DNA from: Alphaproteobacteria bacterium
Lineage (GTDB): Bacteria > Pseudomonadota > Alphaproteobacteria > Rs-D84
Direction: 5' to 3'
DNA: 64,000 bases
Assembly: GCA_015062485.1 (NCBI GenBank)
Contig: SUUO01000005.1
Coordinates: forward strand, 658 to 64,657
Shown piece by piece: positions 18,896 to 29,885 of this stretch. Within the stretch, counting starts at the first letter, position 1. Each line of letters opens with the position of its first letter. The notes beneath the pieces were generated by a model that saw only the letters and a program-made list of their open reading frames with translations, was not told where the DNA came from and ran no database searches. The translations under genes and the position numbers were made by a program.

Positions 18896-20149
18896 ATGTT
18901 TTCAAAACTGGAACGAAAAATAGCATTCAGATATCTTGGCGCAAAACGTCGTGGTTTTGGTTCTGTAATTTCGTGGGTATCACTTATTGGGATTATGTTG
19001 GGGGTTGCGACGCTGATTGTTGTGATGTCTGTTATGGGCGGATTTCACGACACATTATTGGGACGCATTATCGGTATGAACGGCCACGTTGTGGTTTATC
19101 ACCAAGATGGCGCAATATCCGATTTTGATTTCCTGATTGATAAAATGAAACAAAACAAGATTGTTTCAACCCACGCCACATCAATCGTTCCCATTGCCGA
19201 GGGCCAGGTTATGGCCACCGCCGGCGGCAACAACACCGGCGCAATGATACGCGGCATTCGTATGAGTGATTTACAGAAAAAAACAAATTCTGGCACACGT
19301 ATTTACGGCAAACCACTGGACGGGATTCGTGACGGCGAACTGGTGGCGGGTGCATCACTTACACGTGCCCTGCGGGTGACAATGGGCGATAATATTTCAT
19401 TGGTGTCGGCCAACGCCGCAACACCAACACCGTTTGGTTCTATGCCGCGCATTATGTCATATCCGGTAATGTCGTCTTTCTTTATGGGGATGTACGAATA
19501 TGATTCAGGATACATATTTATGCCATTGGAAACGGCACAAAAATATTTAAACATTGGTAACGCAGTGACGCATATTGACCTGTTTCTGGAAAATCCCGAA
19601 GACACCACCGCCGTTCAAAAATCATTACTGGAATTATTACCAGACGGATTTGTTGTACGCGATTGGCGTGAATTAAACCGCGGGTTTGTTGGCGCGCTTC
19701 AGGTTGAATCTAATGTAATGTTTTTGATATTAATGCTGATTGTGATTGTGGCGGCGTTTAATATAATCTCGTCCCTGGTTATGTTGGTCAAAGACAAAAA
19801 CAAAGATATTGCGGTCTTGCGCACATTTGGTGTTTCACGTAAATCAATGATGCGGATATTTATCCTGTCGGGGACATCGATTGGTGTAATTGGAACGTTT
19901 TTCGGAACGATATTTGGTGTACTGATTGCGATTTATATTGAACCCATACGTCAGTTTGTTCAGATGTTAACCGGGCGTGATTTATTTCCGGCCGAATTAT
20001 ATTACCTGTCTGAATTACCATCTAAATTGGAATTAACCAGTGTTGCCGGCATTGCGGTTTTGGCCATCGCTTTATCATTCTTAGCCACCCTTTACCCTGC
20101 GTGGAAGGCCGCCAACACAGACCCAGTCGAGGTATTAAGGAACGAATAA
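18896..20149 (+). CDS. Lipoprotein-releasing ABC transporter permease (LolC/LolE family)
   Basis: FRYLGAKRR..F.S.ISW.SL.GI.LGV, a periplasmic MacB-like domain, and C-terminal FtsX TMs ending DPVEVLRNE. Confidence 0.85.
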   Translation: MFSKLERKIAFRYLGAKRRGFGSVISWVSLIGIMLGVATLIVVMSVMGGFHDTLLGRIIGMNGHVVVYHQDGAISDFDFLIDKMKQNKIVSTHATSIVPIAEGQVMATAGGNNTGAMIRGIRMSDLQKKTNSGTRIYGKPLDGIRDGELVAGASLTRALRVTMGDNISLVSANAATPTPFGSMPRIMSYPVMSSFFMGMYEYDSGYIFMPLETAQKYLNIGNAVTHIDLFLENPEDTTAVQKSLLELLPDGFVVRDWRELNRGFVGALQVESNVMFLILMLIVIVAAFNIISSLVMLVKDKNKDIAVLRTFGVSRKSMMRIFILSGTSIGVIGTFFGTIFGVLIAIYIEPIRQFVQMLTGRDLFPAELYYLSELPSKLELTSVAGIAVLAIALSFLATLYPAWKAANTDPVEVLRNE

Positions 20150-20150
20150 A

Positions 20151-20861
20151 ATGACAGGTATATTAAATTCTTTATCAAAAATTCAAACGGGCGACATTGT
20201 TATGTCGGTGCGCGATATTAAAAAAACATTCATAGAGGGCGGACAACCCCTGCACATTTTGCGCGGCGGCGGGTTTGACCTGCATCGTGGCGAAATTATC
20301 GCATTGGTTGGCACGTCCGGTTCTGGCAAATCGACATTATTGCAATGCGTGGGCCTGCTGGACCGACCAACATCGGGCAGTATTATGATTAACGGCGCAT
20401 CTGTCCAGAAAATGGACGAAGATATGCGCACACAAATCCGTCGCAAAAAAATCGGCTTTGTATACCAGAAACACAATCTGTTATCTGATTTTACGGCACT
20501 TGAAAACGTGATGTTACCAATGCTGGCAAATGACGTTCCTGAAATTGATGCACGTGCACGCGCATTGAAATTATTACGCGCGGCAAATGTTGCGCATCGT
20601 GCAAATCACCTGCCTGGGCAAATGTCCGGTGGCGAACAACAGCGCACCGCCGTCGCACGCGCGTTGGCAAATAATCCTGATATCTTGCTTGCGGACGAAC
20701 CAACAGGCAACCTGGACCCAAATCACGCGATGACTGTGTTTGACCTGTTGCTGGACTTGGTTCGCAAAAACAAAATGGCAATGTTATTCGTGACCCACGA
20801 TATGACCCTGGCGCAACGTGCCGATAAAATTATTACAATTCGTGATGGAATTGTGGCATAA
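20151..20861 (+). CDS. lolD: Lipoprotein-releasing system ATP-binding protein LolD
   Basis: Walker A GTSGSGKST, signature MSGGEQQR, Walker B ILLADEPTGNLD. The ATG is 1 nt after the permease stop. Confidence 0.9.
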   Translation: MTGILNSLSKIQTGDIVMSVRDIKKTFIEGGQPLHILRGGGFDLHRGEIIALVGTSGSGKSTLLQCVGLLDRPTSGSIMINGASVQKMDEDMRTQIRRKKIGFVYQKHNLLSDFTALENVMLPMLANDVPEIDARARALKLLRAANVAHRANHLPGQMSGGEQQRTAVARALANNPDILLADEPTGNLDPNHAMTVFDLLLDLVRKNKMAMLFVTHDMTLAQRADKIITIRDGIVA

Positions 20862-20892
20862 TATAGATAATAAATAAAAAACGGAGAGAGCA

Positions 20893-21459
20893 ATGAAAAA
20901 ACAACCAAAAGCAACCAAGAAAGCACAATATTGTATAACCCACACCCCGGCCCAACGTTTCTGGGGTATTATGGCATTTGCGGCATTATTTATTTGTGGT
21001 GTTATGGTCGGAATGGGCCTGAACAATAATCCACATTACGGCAAAAATGTTGCGCACGCATCTGAAAATCCAGCTCCGACCGAAACCGCCACTGTGGATT
21101 CGGGCAAACAAACCTGCACATTGATAGAAGAATCCTTGCTGGTACGTTTACCAGAGGGGGATGAATTTGCATCATCATATGATCGTATCGAACGTGCAAA
21201 AATCTATGCAAATTTATCTGAACGCGGCTGTGCCGAAAACGCGCAAAAATACCACGACCTGGCCAAACAAGAATTGGCGATTGCACGCGCCTTGCAAGAT
21301 GACGAATTTTCACAAACAGACACCATAGAGGTTGTCGAAACATACAAACGTTTAAATATGCAAGCCGCCGCCGAAGAAATCTTTGAAACAGCAAAAAAAC
21401 TAACCAACCCAACAATTGACTTTATCTTGGCGGTTGAACAAATTATTAACGAGCAATAA
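20893..21459 (+). CDS. Hypothetical membrane-anchored protein
   Basis: One TM (FWGIMAFAALFICGVMVGMGL) and a helical C-terminal domain. The stop abuts the next start. Confidence 0.5.
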   Translation: MKKQPKATKKAQYCITHTPAQRFWGIMAFAALFICGVMVGMGLNNNPHYGKNVAHASENPAPTETATVDSGKQTCTLIEESLLVRLPEGDEFASSYDRIERAKIYANLSERGCAENAQKYHDLAKQELAIARALQDDEFSQTDTIEVVETYKRLNMQAAAEEIFETAKKLTNPTIDFILAVEQIINEQ

Positions 21460-22119
21460 ATGAAAATCTATAAACTGGCCATTGTATCAATGGTTGCGGG
21501 CTTTGCGACCGCGGCATTTGCGACGGAAATCGCCACAACATCAAACGTTGCCGAACGCAAATCTTGTGACCAAATCGCGTCTGAAATTGCGGAACTGTCC
21601 GCGATAATCGAACCAGACACCGACACAATTGACGCATTAACAAAACTAAAACAACAACAGCGCAGTTTATGTCAAAAACGTGCCGGTTCTCGTGGTGTGG
21701 TGGCAAAAAATGCGCGCCGTGCACCAATTACAACAACCAATTCCGAGACAACAAAAAACGACACAGAGCCAACTGATAAAACCTGTGATACACCGGATGA
21801 AAATGGTTGTTGCCCGGATGAAACCTATACAGATATGGGGGATTTGGGATTTAATTGCTGTCCAAAATCTGGTGGTGATTGTTTTCCACCAATTGTTGTA
21901 TCTGTATCTGATGAAACAATAACGGAAACAGAGCTCACCCCCGAACCTGAATTATCAGACGAACAAATCAAAGAAAACATTGAAGCGGGCCTGTGTGCCG
22001 ACGGCACCACCCCAAATAAATTTGGTTGTTGTGGTGACGAAATATTCAAAGATATGGGCAACGCTGTATTTGCGTGCTGTCCCAAATCCGGTGGTGATTG
22101 CTTTCCCCCGATAAAATAA
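21460..22119 (+). CDS. Secreted Cys-rich protein with two copies of a six-Cys module
   Basis: Signal peptide MKIYKLAIVSMVAGFATAAFA. The modules are C..(N)GCCPDETYTDMGDLGFNCCPKSGGDCFPP and C..FGCCGDEIFKDMGNAVFACCPKSGGDCFPP. Confidence 0.6.
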   Translation: MKIYKLAIVSMVAGFATAAFATEIATTSNVAERKSCDQIASEIAELSAIIEPDTDTIDALTKLKQQQRSLCQKRAGSRGVVAKNARRAPITTTNSETTKNDTEPTDKTCDTPDENGCCPDETYTDMGDLGFNCCPKSGGDCFPPIVVSVSDETITETELTPEPELSDEQIKENIEAGLCADGTTPNKFGCCGDEIFKDMGNAVFACCPKSGGDCFPPIK

Positions 22120-22121
22120 AC

Positions 22122-22146
22122 ATCCCGCCGATTGGCGGGATTTTTT
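22122..22146 (+). terminator. Intrinsic terminator
   Basis: atcccgcc/ggcgggat stem followed by a T6 run. Confidence 0.8.
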
Positions 22147-22247
22147 AGGGATGTGGGTTCGGGACATCAGAAAATCATACATCTGTATCCGCAATAAATA
22201 TTTTACCAAACCACAAATATTACGCCACAGGCACCTATTCCCATATT

Positions 22248-22646
22248 TTATTCTATAACTACACGGCGCCCATCACCATTTTGTGTAATATAAATATTAA
22301 TTGTGTTTTTCGGCAACATATGCGTTGCAATTTGTGGCCATTCAATTAACGTAATGTCATTTTCAATCGCGTGCAGCAATCCGATTTCAACCAACTCAGA
22401 CGCATCTTCGACACGATATAAATCAAAGTGTGAAATGCCATCGTAATTTTGCACAATTGTAAATGTTGGACTGGGGACAACGGTGTCCGCCCCACGCAGG
22501 GTTTGAATTATCGCACGTGCAATCTCTGACTTTCCCATACCTAAATCACCGTGCAATGCAACTACACACGGCGCAGATAATGTCTTTGCAAAATCCCGCG
22601 CCCAACAACGCATTTCATCAACATTGTTTAAAATATATTCTTTCAT
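22248..22646 (-). CDS. tsaE: tRNA threonylcarbamoyladenosine biosynthesis ATPase TsaE
   Basis: GDLGMGKSEIARAI P-loop, SPTFT, and HFDLYR motifs. Confidence 0.85.
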   Translation of the reverse strand: MKEYILNNVDEMRCWARDFAKTLSAPCVVALHGDLGMGKSEIARAIIQTLRGADTVVPSPTFTIVQNYDGISHFDLYRVEDASELVEIGLLHAIENDITLIEWPQIATHMLPKNTINIYITQNGDGRRVVIE

Positions 22647-22894
22647 AATACCCGTTCCCCACGCTTATCCATCAAATGAACCAACGGTTTATATGCCGGT
22701 GTTTTTATTTCGGATTTTTTTTGTTTTATTTGTTCCAATGCACATTCTGCATCCGCACGCACATCGTATGGATATCTGACCCTTAGATAGTTTTCCCCGG
22801 CCTTAACAATAACCTCTGCGGCATAGTAACCTTTCCACAATTGTGAAGTGTAAATACCATTTGTTCTAACTACGTTTGTTATATCTATTTTCAT
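22643..22894 (-). CDS. Hypothetical small protein (83 aa)
   Basis: Packed between uvrB and tsaE, overlapping the tsaE start by 4 nt. No motif recognised. Confidence 0.4.
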   Translation of the reverse strand: MKIDITNVVRTNGIYTSQLWKGYYAAEVIVKAGENYLRVRYPYDVRADAECALEQIKQKKSEIKTPAYKPLVHLMDKRGERVL

Positions 22895-22897
22895 ATC

Positions 22898-24889
22898 TTA
22901 CTCCACTAATAACAAATCATCTTCAAGTTTATGAATCTGGTCACGGATTTCGGCCGCCAATTCAAATTCCAAATCTTCTGCCGCACTGCGCATTTTCTTG
23001 GTCAGTTTTGCAATTTCCTTGCGCAGCGATTCCGCATCCATAACCCCACCCGATTTATCATACACAAATCGGCGCGCTTTGTCAGTCTTTTCTTGTTTAT
23101 CACCAACCTGGGCAAAGACCGCCTTGGTCACCGTCTGTGGTACAATTCCGTGTTCGGTGTTATACGCCATTTGCTTTTCACGACGTCGTGCCGTTTCATC
23201 CAATGCCGCACGCATAGAATCCGTGATTTTATCAGCATATAAAACAACCAAACCATTTGCATTACGGGCCGCACGACCAATCGTTTGAATCAATGAACGC
23301 GTCGAACGCAGGAACCCCTCTTTATCAGCATCCATAATCGCAACCAATTCACATTCGGGGACATCTAACCCCTCGCGCAGCAGGTTAATTCCAACCAACA
23401 CATCAAATTTTCCCAAACGCAAATCACGTAACAATTCAATACGTTCCAGTGTTTCAATATCACTGTGCAGATATTTGGCCCGAACCCCATTTTCGTTCAG
23501 ATAATCGGTTAACTGTTCCGCCATTTTTTTGGTAAGTGTTGTCACCAACACGCGCCCAGACGTCTTTTTAATCTGGTCTAATAAATCATCCACCTGGTGC
23601 GCGGTTGGACGCACGTCACACACCGGGTCCAACAGTCCCGTCGGTCTTATAACCTGTTCGGAAACAATCCCGCCTGATTGTTCCAATTCCCACGTACCCG
23701 GCGTTGCCGAAACAAAGATTGTTTGTGGACGCAACGCATCCCATTCATCAAACGTTAGCGGACGATTATCAATACAGGCCGGCAACCTGAAACCATATTG
23801 CGACAACGTTTCCTTGCGTGCGCGGTCACCACGGCTCATAGCGCCAATTTGCGGAACGGTTACGTGACTTTCATCAATAAACAATATCGCATCACGTGGC
23901 AAATATTCAAACAATGTCGGTGGTGGCATCCCCGGCGCCCGCCCGGATAAATAGCGTGAATAATTTTCAACCCCGCGACACGTACCGGTATTTTCCATCA
24001 TTTCTATATCAAAATTCACACGTTCCCGCAGACGTTGTTCCTCTATGTACTTCATATTTTCATGAAAGTATTCCAGGCGTTCTTTTAAATCTTTTTTTAT
24101 TTCGCCAATTGCCTGTAAAACACTGGGCATTGGTGTTGCATAGTGCGTGTTTGGATAAATCGCAATCCGGTCCAATCTTTGTAATTTCGCCCCGGTCAAT
24201 GTATCAAATTCCCAAATTTCTTCGATTTCATCACCAAAGAAAGATATTTTCCAGGCCCTGTCTTGGGCGTGTGACGGGAACAAATCCAGCGTATCGCCAC
24301 GCACACGAAATTCACCACGCTCAAACGACATATCATTGCGTTTATATTGAATATCAACCAATGCACGCATCGCATCGCGCATCGAAATATTATCCCCCAC
24401 GCGCAAGACCAATCGCATTCCCGCATACTGTTCGGGCGACCCCATACCATAGATAGATGATACACTGGATACAACGATAACATCGCGTTCTTCTAACATT
24501 GCGCGGGTTGCACTGTGCCGCATACGGTCCAGTTGTTCATTTATCGATGCATCTTTGTCGATATAGGTATCGGTTGTGGGCATATAGGCCTCGGGCTGAT
24601 AATAATCATAATATGACACAAAATATTCAACGTGATTGTTTGGAAAGAACGCCCGCATTTCCGTATATAATTGCGCCGCCAGAATCTTGTTTGGCGCCAT
24701 AATCAATGCGGGACGGCCCAATTGTGCAATAATGTTTGCCATTGTGAACGTCTTGCCCGACCCGGTTACACCCAATAATACCTGGGACCGGCGACCATCA
24801 TTGACGCCAGATACCAATTCAGATATCGCGGTCGGTTGATCACCCATTGGTTTGTAATTACTTTCAAGATTAAATATTTTTTTGTTCAC
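22898..24889 (-). CDS. uvrB: Excinuclease ABC subunit B
   Basis: [10 protein letters not shown] Walker A, helicase motifs (FIDESH, ..), and a C-terminal UVR domain ([15 protein letters not shown]). Confidence 0.95.
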   Translation of the reverse strand: MNKKIFNLESNYKPMGDQPTAISELVSGVNDGRRSQVLLGVTGSGKTFTMANIIAQLGRPALIMAPNKILAAQLYTEMRAFFPNNHVEYFVSYYDYYQPEAYMPTTDTYIDKDASINEQLDRMRHSATRAMLEERDVIVVSSVSSIYGMGSPEQYAGMRLVLRVGDNISMRDAMRALVDIQYKRNDMSFERGEFRVRGDTLDLFPSHAQDRAWKISFFGDEIEEIWEFDTLTGAKLQRLDRIAIYPNTHYATPMPSVLQAIGEIKKDLKERLEYFHENMKYIEEQRLRERVNFDIEMMENTGTCRGVENYSRYLSGRAPGMPPPTLFEYLPRDAILFIDESHVTVPQIGAMSRGDRARKETLSQYGFRLPACIDNRPLTFDEWDALRPQTIFVSATPGTWELEQSGGIVSEQVIRPTGLLDPVCDVRPTAHQVDDLLDQIKKTSGRVLVTTLTKKMAEQLTDYLNENGVRAKYLHSDIETLERIELLRDLRLGKFDVLVGINLLREGLDVPECELVAIMDADKEGFLRSTRSLIQTIGRAARNANGLVVLYADKITDSMRAALDETARRREKQMAYNTEHGIVPQTVTKAVFAQVGDKQEKTDKARRFVYDKSGGVMDAESLRKEIAKLTKKMRSAAEDLEFELAAEIRDQIHKLEDDLLLVE

Positions 24890-24935
24890 AACACTTAGTA
24901 TAATTCATTATAATTAAAATACAAGGGACGAGAGA

Positions 24936-27410
24936 ATGGCATTAAAACCCAGACATAAACGCAGAATCGTTTGGTCGATTGTATCAATAATCGCCGCTGT
25001 TGTATTGGCCTTTATCATTGCGCCATCAATGATAACATTGAATAAATTCAAACCTATGATAGAACAGGCAATCGCAACCCAGACGAATGTCGATGCAAAA
25101 CTAAACGGTGATATACATTTTAGTTTATTGTCCGGCGCAAAAATTGTTGCCCACGACGTACACGTGCCCACGGCACAAATCGGGTCTGTTATGATATCAA
25201 TCCCATTCAGCAGTTTGTTCAACCTAAACAATCCTGAAATTCAACCATCTGTAACCGTATACGATGCGGATATAAATATTCCACAGTTGGCCCCGGCGAA
25301 CTTTAATCACACCGTAAACATTTTTGATTCAGATATACACTTTATGGGCCGTGATTTTCATATAATAAGTGCAAAAATGCAGGACAATAAATTCAACGGA
25401 ATTATTCGCACGAAAAATCATAAATATGACGTTGAATTTTCCGGCAACACGTTTCATATAACAAATAAAAATAATGACTTGGATATCGTTGGGCAATTCT
25501 TTGACAATGGCACAATGCGCGGACATATGTCTTTCAAGACCGATGATTTAAACAGTTGGCTGAATATTGAACAACCAAAATTATCAATTAATTCTGATGT
25601 TACATTAAACTTTGAATGGGATGGTGGCAACGGATTTAAATATACCAATATTCGTGCGGGCAATTTAACGGGTAACATCGAAACAAAGCCAAACGGGATA
25701 AAATTCATTCAATTAAAATCAGATAATATTAACTATGATTTTACAAACATTCTGGATTTTGGGGATGCGCTGACAAACACGCAATATGATCTGGATTTCT
25801 ATGGAAATTTAAAATTTATGAATCATACGTTCAAGCATATTCGCATAAATATAATTGCCGCAAATAATTCAATCCAAATAACAAATATTGTCGCGGACGA
25901 TATTGCGATAACCGGTGGCCATATTGATTCATCTGGGGCGCACGACGTCTTGGTTACAATGCCGTTTGATGGAATGGATTCAACGTGCCTGTTTTCCGGC
26001 ACACCGAATAATTGGAAGTGCGCCCCATATTCATACGGCGACATAACGGGGGACGTTTCTGTGAATAACAATTCATTTGATATGACAATTAAATCGGATA
26101 AAAAAATGCCAAAATCTGGCATATTCAGTGAACGTATAAAAAGACTGGGGACACACGGAAAAATCAATTTTGTTTTCTCGGACGTCGCCGGCACATATAA
26201 TATAACACCCCAAAAAATAGAACCCGAATTTAAATTTGCAAAAAACAAGACCTTGCAATGGGCAAATGTAACCCTGCCATTTTTACCAGATTTTATGAAC
26301 CGTGATATTGGTGATTTTACGTGGTTCGGAAATGTTATGAATTTTACCCCGCATAACAAAAAATGGCAAATTCAGATGGATGGTAAAAAATTTATGCTGA
26401 CCGGTACATCGGCGCATACATGGGTGCCAAATCTGGACTTGCGCGCGGTTAACGATATGCCATACACAATATCGGGCATATATGATGATGGAAAAATTTC
26501 AGATTTTAGCCTGGATTTATCGGGAACAATATTTTCAGGTTCTGTTAATGGAAACAGTATAACCATTCACACAGATTTATTAAATCTGGATAAATTTATA
26601 TCAGATGATTTTATTGCGCGCTATGACGAATTAGAATTTTTAACAAACGCACCGATTTTAATTCCATTTGATGTTAATGCAAATATATCCTTGTCTGCGG
26701 ATAAAATTATTTACGACAATATTGAATATGCAAACTTTGTATATTCGCTAAGAAATAATGCAATGGTATTTTCAATCACAGATAATGCGCGTGGCAACGT
26801 ACTTGTAACGATTGAAAAAGATAAAACCAATTACGACATATTTGCGCAAATGAATAAATTTGTAATCAATGGCGAACTGCTTAGTAAAAATATGCCATTA
26901 AACTTGCGCGACACAATGATAACGGCCGAAATTCATATGAAAACATCCGGTCAAATTGCACACGATATCTGGTACAATATGGCGGGTGAAATGGATTTGT
27001 CGTTCGATGGCGGAACGATTGTCGGGTTGGGACTGGATGATTTTTACGCGGATGCTAAGAACCTAAATAAATTAAATATGGAATTTGCCTTGTCGCGTGC
27101 ATTAAACGGTGGTGAAACCAAGTTAAAAAATATGCATATTGTTGGCGAATATGAAAACGGAAACTTTATCACCACAAAACCGATGTCTATATCAATGCGA
27201 CACGTTGACGGTATTGGAACAATCGAACTTGAAAATGGCGAAATGTACACGACACTGGATTTAACAATGCGTGGCACATCCCCATCGGCATCCACAATAC
27301 AACTAGATATTATGCCCGATGGTACACGTCGTTATTCATTATCTGAAATTTTGATAAATTTTGATGGTGACTATCTGCGTGAATTTATCAAGACACATAA
27401 TAAATTCTAG
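24936..27410 (+). CDS. AsmA-family outer-membrane biogenesis protein
   Basis: N-terminal TM anchor followed by an AsmA-like beta-rich repeat region. 824 aa. Confidence 0.55.
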   Translation: MALKPRHKRRIVWSIVSIIAAVVLAFIIAPSMITLNKFKPMIEQAIATQTNVDAKLNGDIHFSLLSGAKIVAHDVHVPTAQIGSVMISIPFSSLFNLNNPEIQPSVTVYDADINIPQLAPANFNHTVNIFDSDIHFMGRDFHIISAKMQDNKFNGIIRTKNHKYDVEFSGNTFHITNKNNDLDIVGQFFDNGTMRGHMSFKTDDLNSWLNIEQPKLSINSDVTLNFEWDGGNGFKYTNIRAGNLTGNIETKPNGIKFIQLKSDNINYDFTNILDFGDALTNTQYDLDFYGNLKFMNHTFKHIRINIIAANNSIQITNIVADDIAITGGHIDSSGAHDVLVTMPFDGMDSTCLFSGTPNNWKCAPYSYGDITGDVSVNNNSFDMTIKSDKKMPKSGIFSERIKRLGTHGKINFVFSDVAGTYNITPQKIEPEFKFAKNKTLQWANVTLPFLPDFMNRDIGDFTWFGNVMNFTPHNKKWQIQMDGKKFMLTGTSAHTWVPNLDLRAVNDMPYTISGIYDDGKISDFSLDLSGTIFSGSVNGNSITIHTDLLNLDKFISDDFIARYDELEFLTNAPILIPFDVNANISLSADKIIYDNIEYANFVYSLRNNAMVFSITDNARGNVLVTIEKDKTNYDIFAQMNKFVINGELLSKNMPLNLRDTMITAEIHMKTSGQIAHDIWYNMAGEMDLSFDGGTIVGLGLDDFYADAKNLNKLNMEFALSRALNGGETKLKNMHIVGEYENGNFITTKPMSISMRHVDGIGTIELENGEMYTTLDLTMRGTSPSASTIQLDIMPDGTRRYSLSEILINFDGDYLREFIKTHNKF

Positions 27411-27757
27411 TCTGCAATTCCACGCAAAAACGCATCACGTGAAATACCACGCCCCATCGCATCTGCATAATATACAAAGCGTCCAATTTTAATACAGTAA
27501 AATCCATTTTTACAAAATTTGATATTGCGCTTGTTTTTTACCAGGATTTTGTTTTGCCCAATTAAATCTGCGCGCACACCGTAAAATAATCTAATAATTC
27601 TATCGATAAATCCGCGGGACATATATGGCACATAAATCACCCCTCCTCTTTTTATCACGCGTCCCATATTATATTTGTTAATATTTTTAGATAACATTTC
27701 CGATTGATATTGTGTCAATCGCAACGAATAAGACAAGTTGTTAATATAATCGTGCAT
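27407..27757 (-). CDS. Hypothetical basic protein
   Basis: ATG at 27757 with an AGGAG 8 nt upstream. No motif recognised. Confidence 0.4.
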   Translation of the reverse strand: MHDYINNLSYSLRLTQYQSEMLSKNINKYNMGRVIKRGGVIYVPYMSRGFIDRIIRLFYGVRADLIGQNKILVKNKRNIKFCKNGFYCIKIGRFVYYADAMGRGISRDAFLRGIAD

Positions 27758-27851
27758 GTAAAAATTCTCCTGGGGATAAATTATATTTATTTTTACCCTT
27801 ATTCCCACAGGTATGAATTCATATTAATCTTTGCAAAACAATTCAGCCTTT

Positions 27852-27881
27852 AAAAAATCCCGACGTTTGTCGGGATTTTTT
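27852..27881. terminator. Bidirectional terminator downstream of aspS
   Basis: atcccgac/gtcgggat stem with A and T runs. Confidence 0.75.
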
Positions 27882-27883
27882 AT

Positions 27884-29653
27884 TTAGTTCTTCTTGCGAA
27901 TTGTGATATGAACATCACGTAATTGTTGTTCGGTCACTTCGTTCGGACTACCCATCAGCAAGTCTTGACCACGCTGGTTGGCGGGGAACGCAACCACTTC
28001 ACGAACACTGTCACCGAAACCGGTAATTTCAGATACCAATCGGTCAATACCGAACGCACATCCACCGTGCGGTGGCGCGCCATATTGGAACGCGGTGTAC
28101 AGGCCACTGAAATTCTTTTCAACCGCCTCAATCGGATAGCCAGCGATTTCAAAGCACTTTTTCATAATGTCTGGGTTATAGTTACGCAACCCACCACTGC
28201 AAATTTCCAAACCATTTAACACCATATCGAATTGTGCCGCCTTGATATCAAATGGATTTTTGGTACCCAGTTCCTCTAATGTCGCCATCGGGAACGAGAA
28301 TGGGTTGTGTGTGAACTTTGGTGCACCACCTCTGTCTTCGTCTGGTTCAAAGAATGGGAACGATTCCACCCAACAGAACGCAAAGTCACGTGGATTTACC
28401 AATCCTAAATCCGCACCCAATTTGTTACGCAATTTACCCGCCGCCTTGGATGCCGGTTCCGCCACATCACATACAAAGAACAACGATGAATTATCACCCG
28501 CGATTTCACGCAGTTTTGCAATACGTGCCGCGTCTAATTTTTTTGCAACCGGGCCCTTGGCCTCGTCGGCAAATACAATGTATCCCAAACCGCCCAAGCC
28601 CAATTCTTTGACCGCGTATTCGCCCAGTTTATCAAACCAAGAACGTGGTTTGTCTGCACTGTTTGGTGCGGGAATGGCACGAACAACACTGCCGTTTTCA
28701 ATCGCGTTTGCAAAGATTCCAAAATCAGACCCACGGAAAACATCCGTCACATCGTGAATGATAATTGGGTTACGCAAATCTGGTTTATCCGAACCGTATT
28801 TCAGCATTGCATCATCAAATGTGATATGTGGAATTTCGGCATATACATTGGCGTCTGGTGCAAATTCACGAACCAGGTTTGGCATAATTTCATCACCAAC
28901 GGCCTGAATATCCGCCAGGTCAACGAACGACATTTCCATATCCAGTTGATAAAATTCCAGCAATCTGTCTGCGCGCAAATCTTCGTCACGGAAACACGGT
29001 GCAATTTGGAAATAACGGTCAAAACCGGATACCTGCAATAATTGCTTGAACATCTGTGGTGCCTGGGGCAACGCATAGAATTTACCGTGATGCAAGCGAG
29101 ATGGCACGATAAAGTCACGTGCGCCCTCTGGACTGGATGCGGTTAAAACCGGCGTCTGGAATTCCGAGAAACCCAAATCCCACATTTTATCACGCAACCA
29201 CTTCATCATTTTATTGCGTGTCAAAATAGTGTTGTGTAATTTTTCACGACGCAAGTCCAAGAAGCGATATTTATAACGCAATTCTTCGCCAACTTCGTCT
29301 TCACCGAATACCTGGAATGGCAAAACCTCTGAATTGGTCAGAACTTCAAAAGACGTTGCCTGAATTTCAATGGCGCCTGTTGGGATTTTATCGTTCACCG
29401 CCGCCGCATCACGCGCAACAACGTTTCCAACAACCTTGATTACAGATTCCGGACGAACGCGTTCTAATTCTTCATTACCGCCATCAAAAACAATCTGTGT
29501 AATACCATAATTATCGCGCAGGTCGACAAACAACAACGCCCCGTGGTCACGCTTGCGATGAACCCACCCCGACAGAGTTACCACCTCTCCAACATTTTTT
29601 GCATTCAATTCGCCACACGTATGTGTTCTGAACTTTGATTTCAAAGATAACAT
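27884..29653 (-). CDS. aspS: Aspartate--tRNA ligase
   Basis: OB-fold N-terminus (THTCGEL...V.LSGWVHRKRDHG.LLFVDLRD) and class II motifs (FRDEDLRADR, GGLRN.., GAPPHGG.AFGIDR). ATG at 29653. Confidence 0.95.
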   Translation of the reverse strand: MLSLKSKFRTHTCGELNAKNVGEVVTLSGWVHRKRDHGALLFVDLRDNYGITQIVFDGGNEELERVRPESVIKVVGNVVARDAAAVNDKIPTGAIEIQATSFEVLTNSEVLPFQVFGEDEVGEELRYKYRFLDLRREKLHNTILTRNKMMKWLRDKMWDLGFSEFQTPVLTASSPEGARDFIVPSRLHHGKFYALPQAPQMFKQLLQVSGFDRYFQIAPCFRDEDLRADRLLEFYQLDMEMSFVDLADIQAVGDEIMPNLVREFAPDANVYAEIPHITFDDAMLKYGSDKPDLRNPIIIHDVTDVFRGSDFGIFANAIENGSVVRAIPAPNSADKPRSWFDKLGEYAVKELGLGGLGYIVFADEAKGPVAKKLDAARIAKLREIAGDNSSLFFVCDVAEPASKAAGKLRNKLGADLGLVNPRDFAFCWVESFPFFEPDEDRGGAPKFTHNPFSFPMATLEELGTKNPFDIKAAQFDMVLNGLEICSGGLRNYNPDIMKKCFEIAGYPIEAVEKNFSGLYTAFQYGAPPHGGCAFGIDRLVSEITGFGDSVREVVAFPANQRGQDLLMGSPNEVTEQQLRDVHITIRKKN

Positions 29654-29885
29654 TCCTGGTCCCTTTTTTATTTGCGGGCAACGAAAAAGATTTGGATTTT
29701 TCGGCACCCAATTTTCTTGTTAAAACATCAGGGGCGCTGGATATTTCCGGCGCGGTGCCACCCTGGCTTGTAACTTTGCGGTTGCTTATGAATACTCGGT
29801 GGTTGTCAGGCACGTCATCGCAGTCATATGCATAAAACCTGGTGTTGATTATAAAATGATAAATAAATTTTGCAATAAAATTCTT

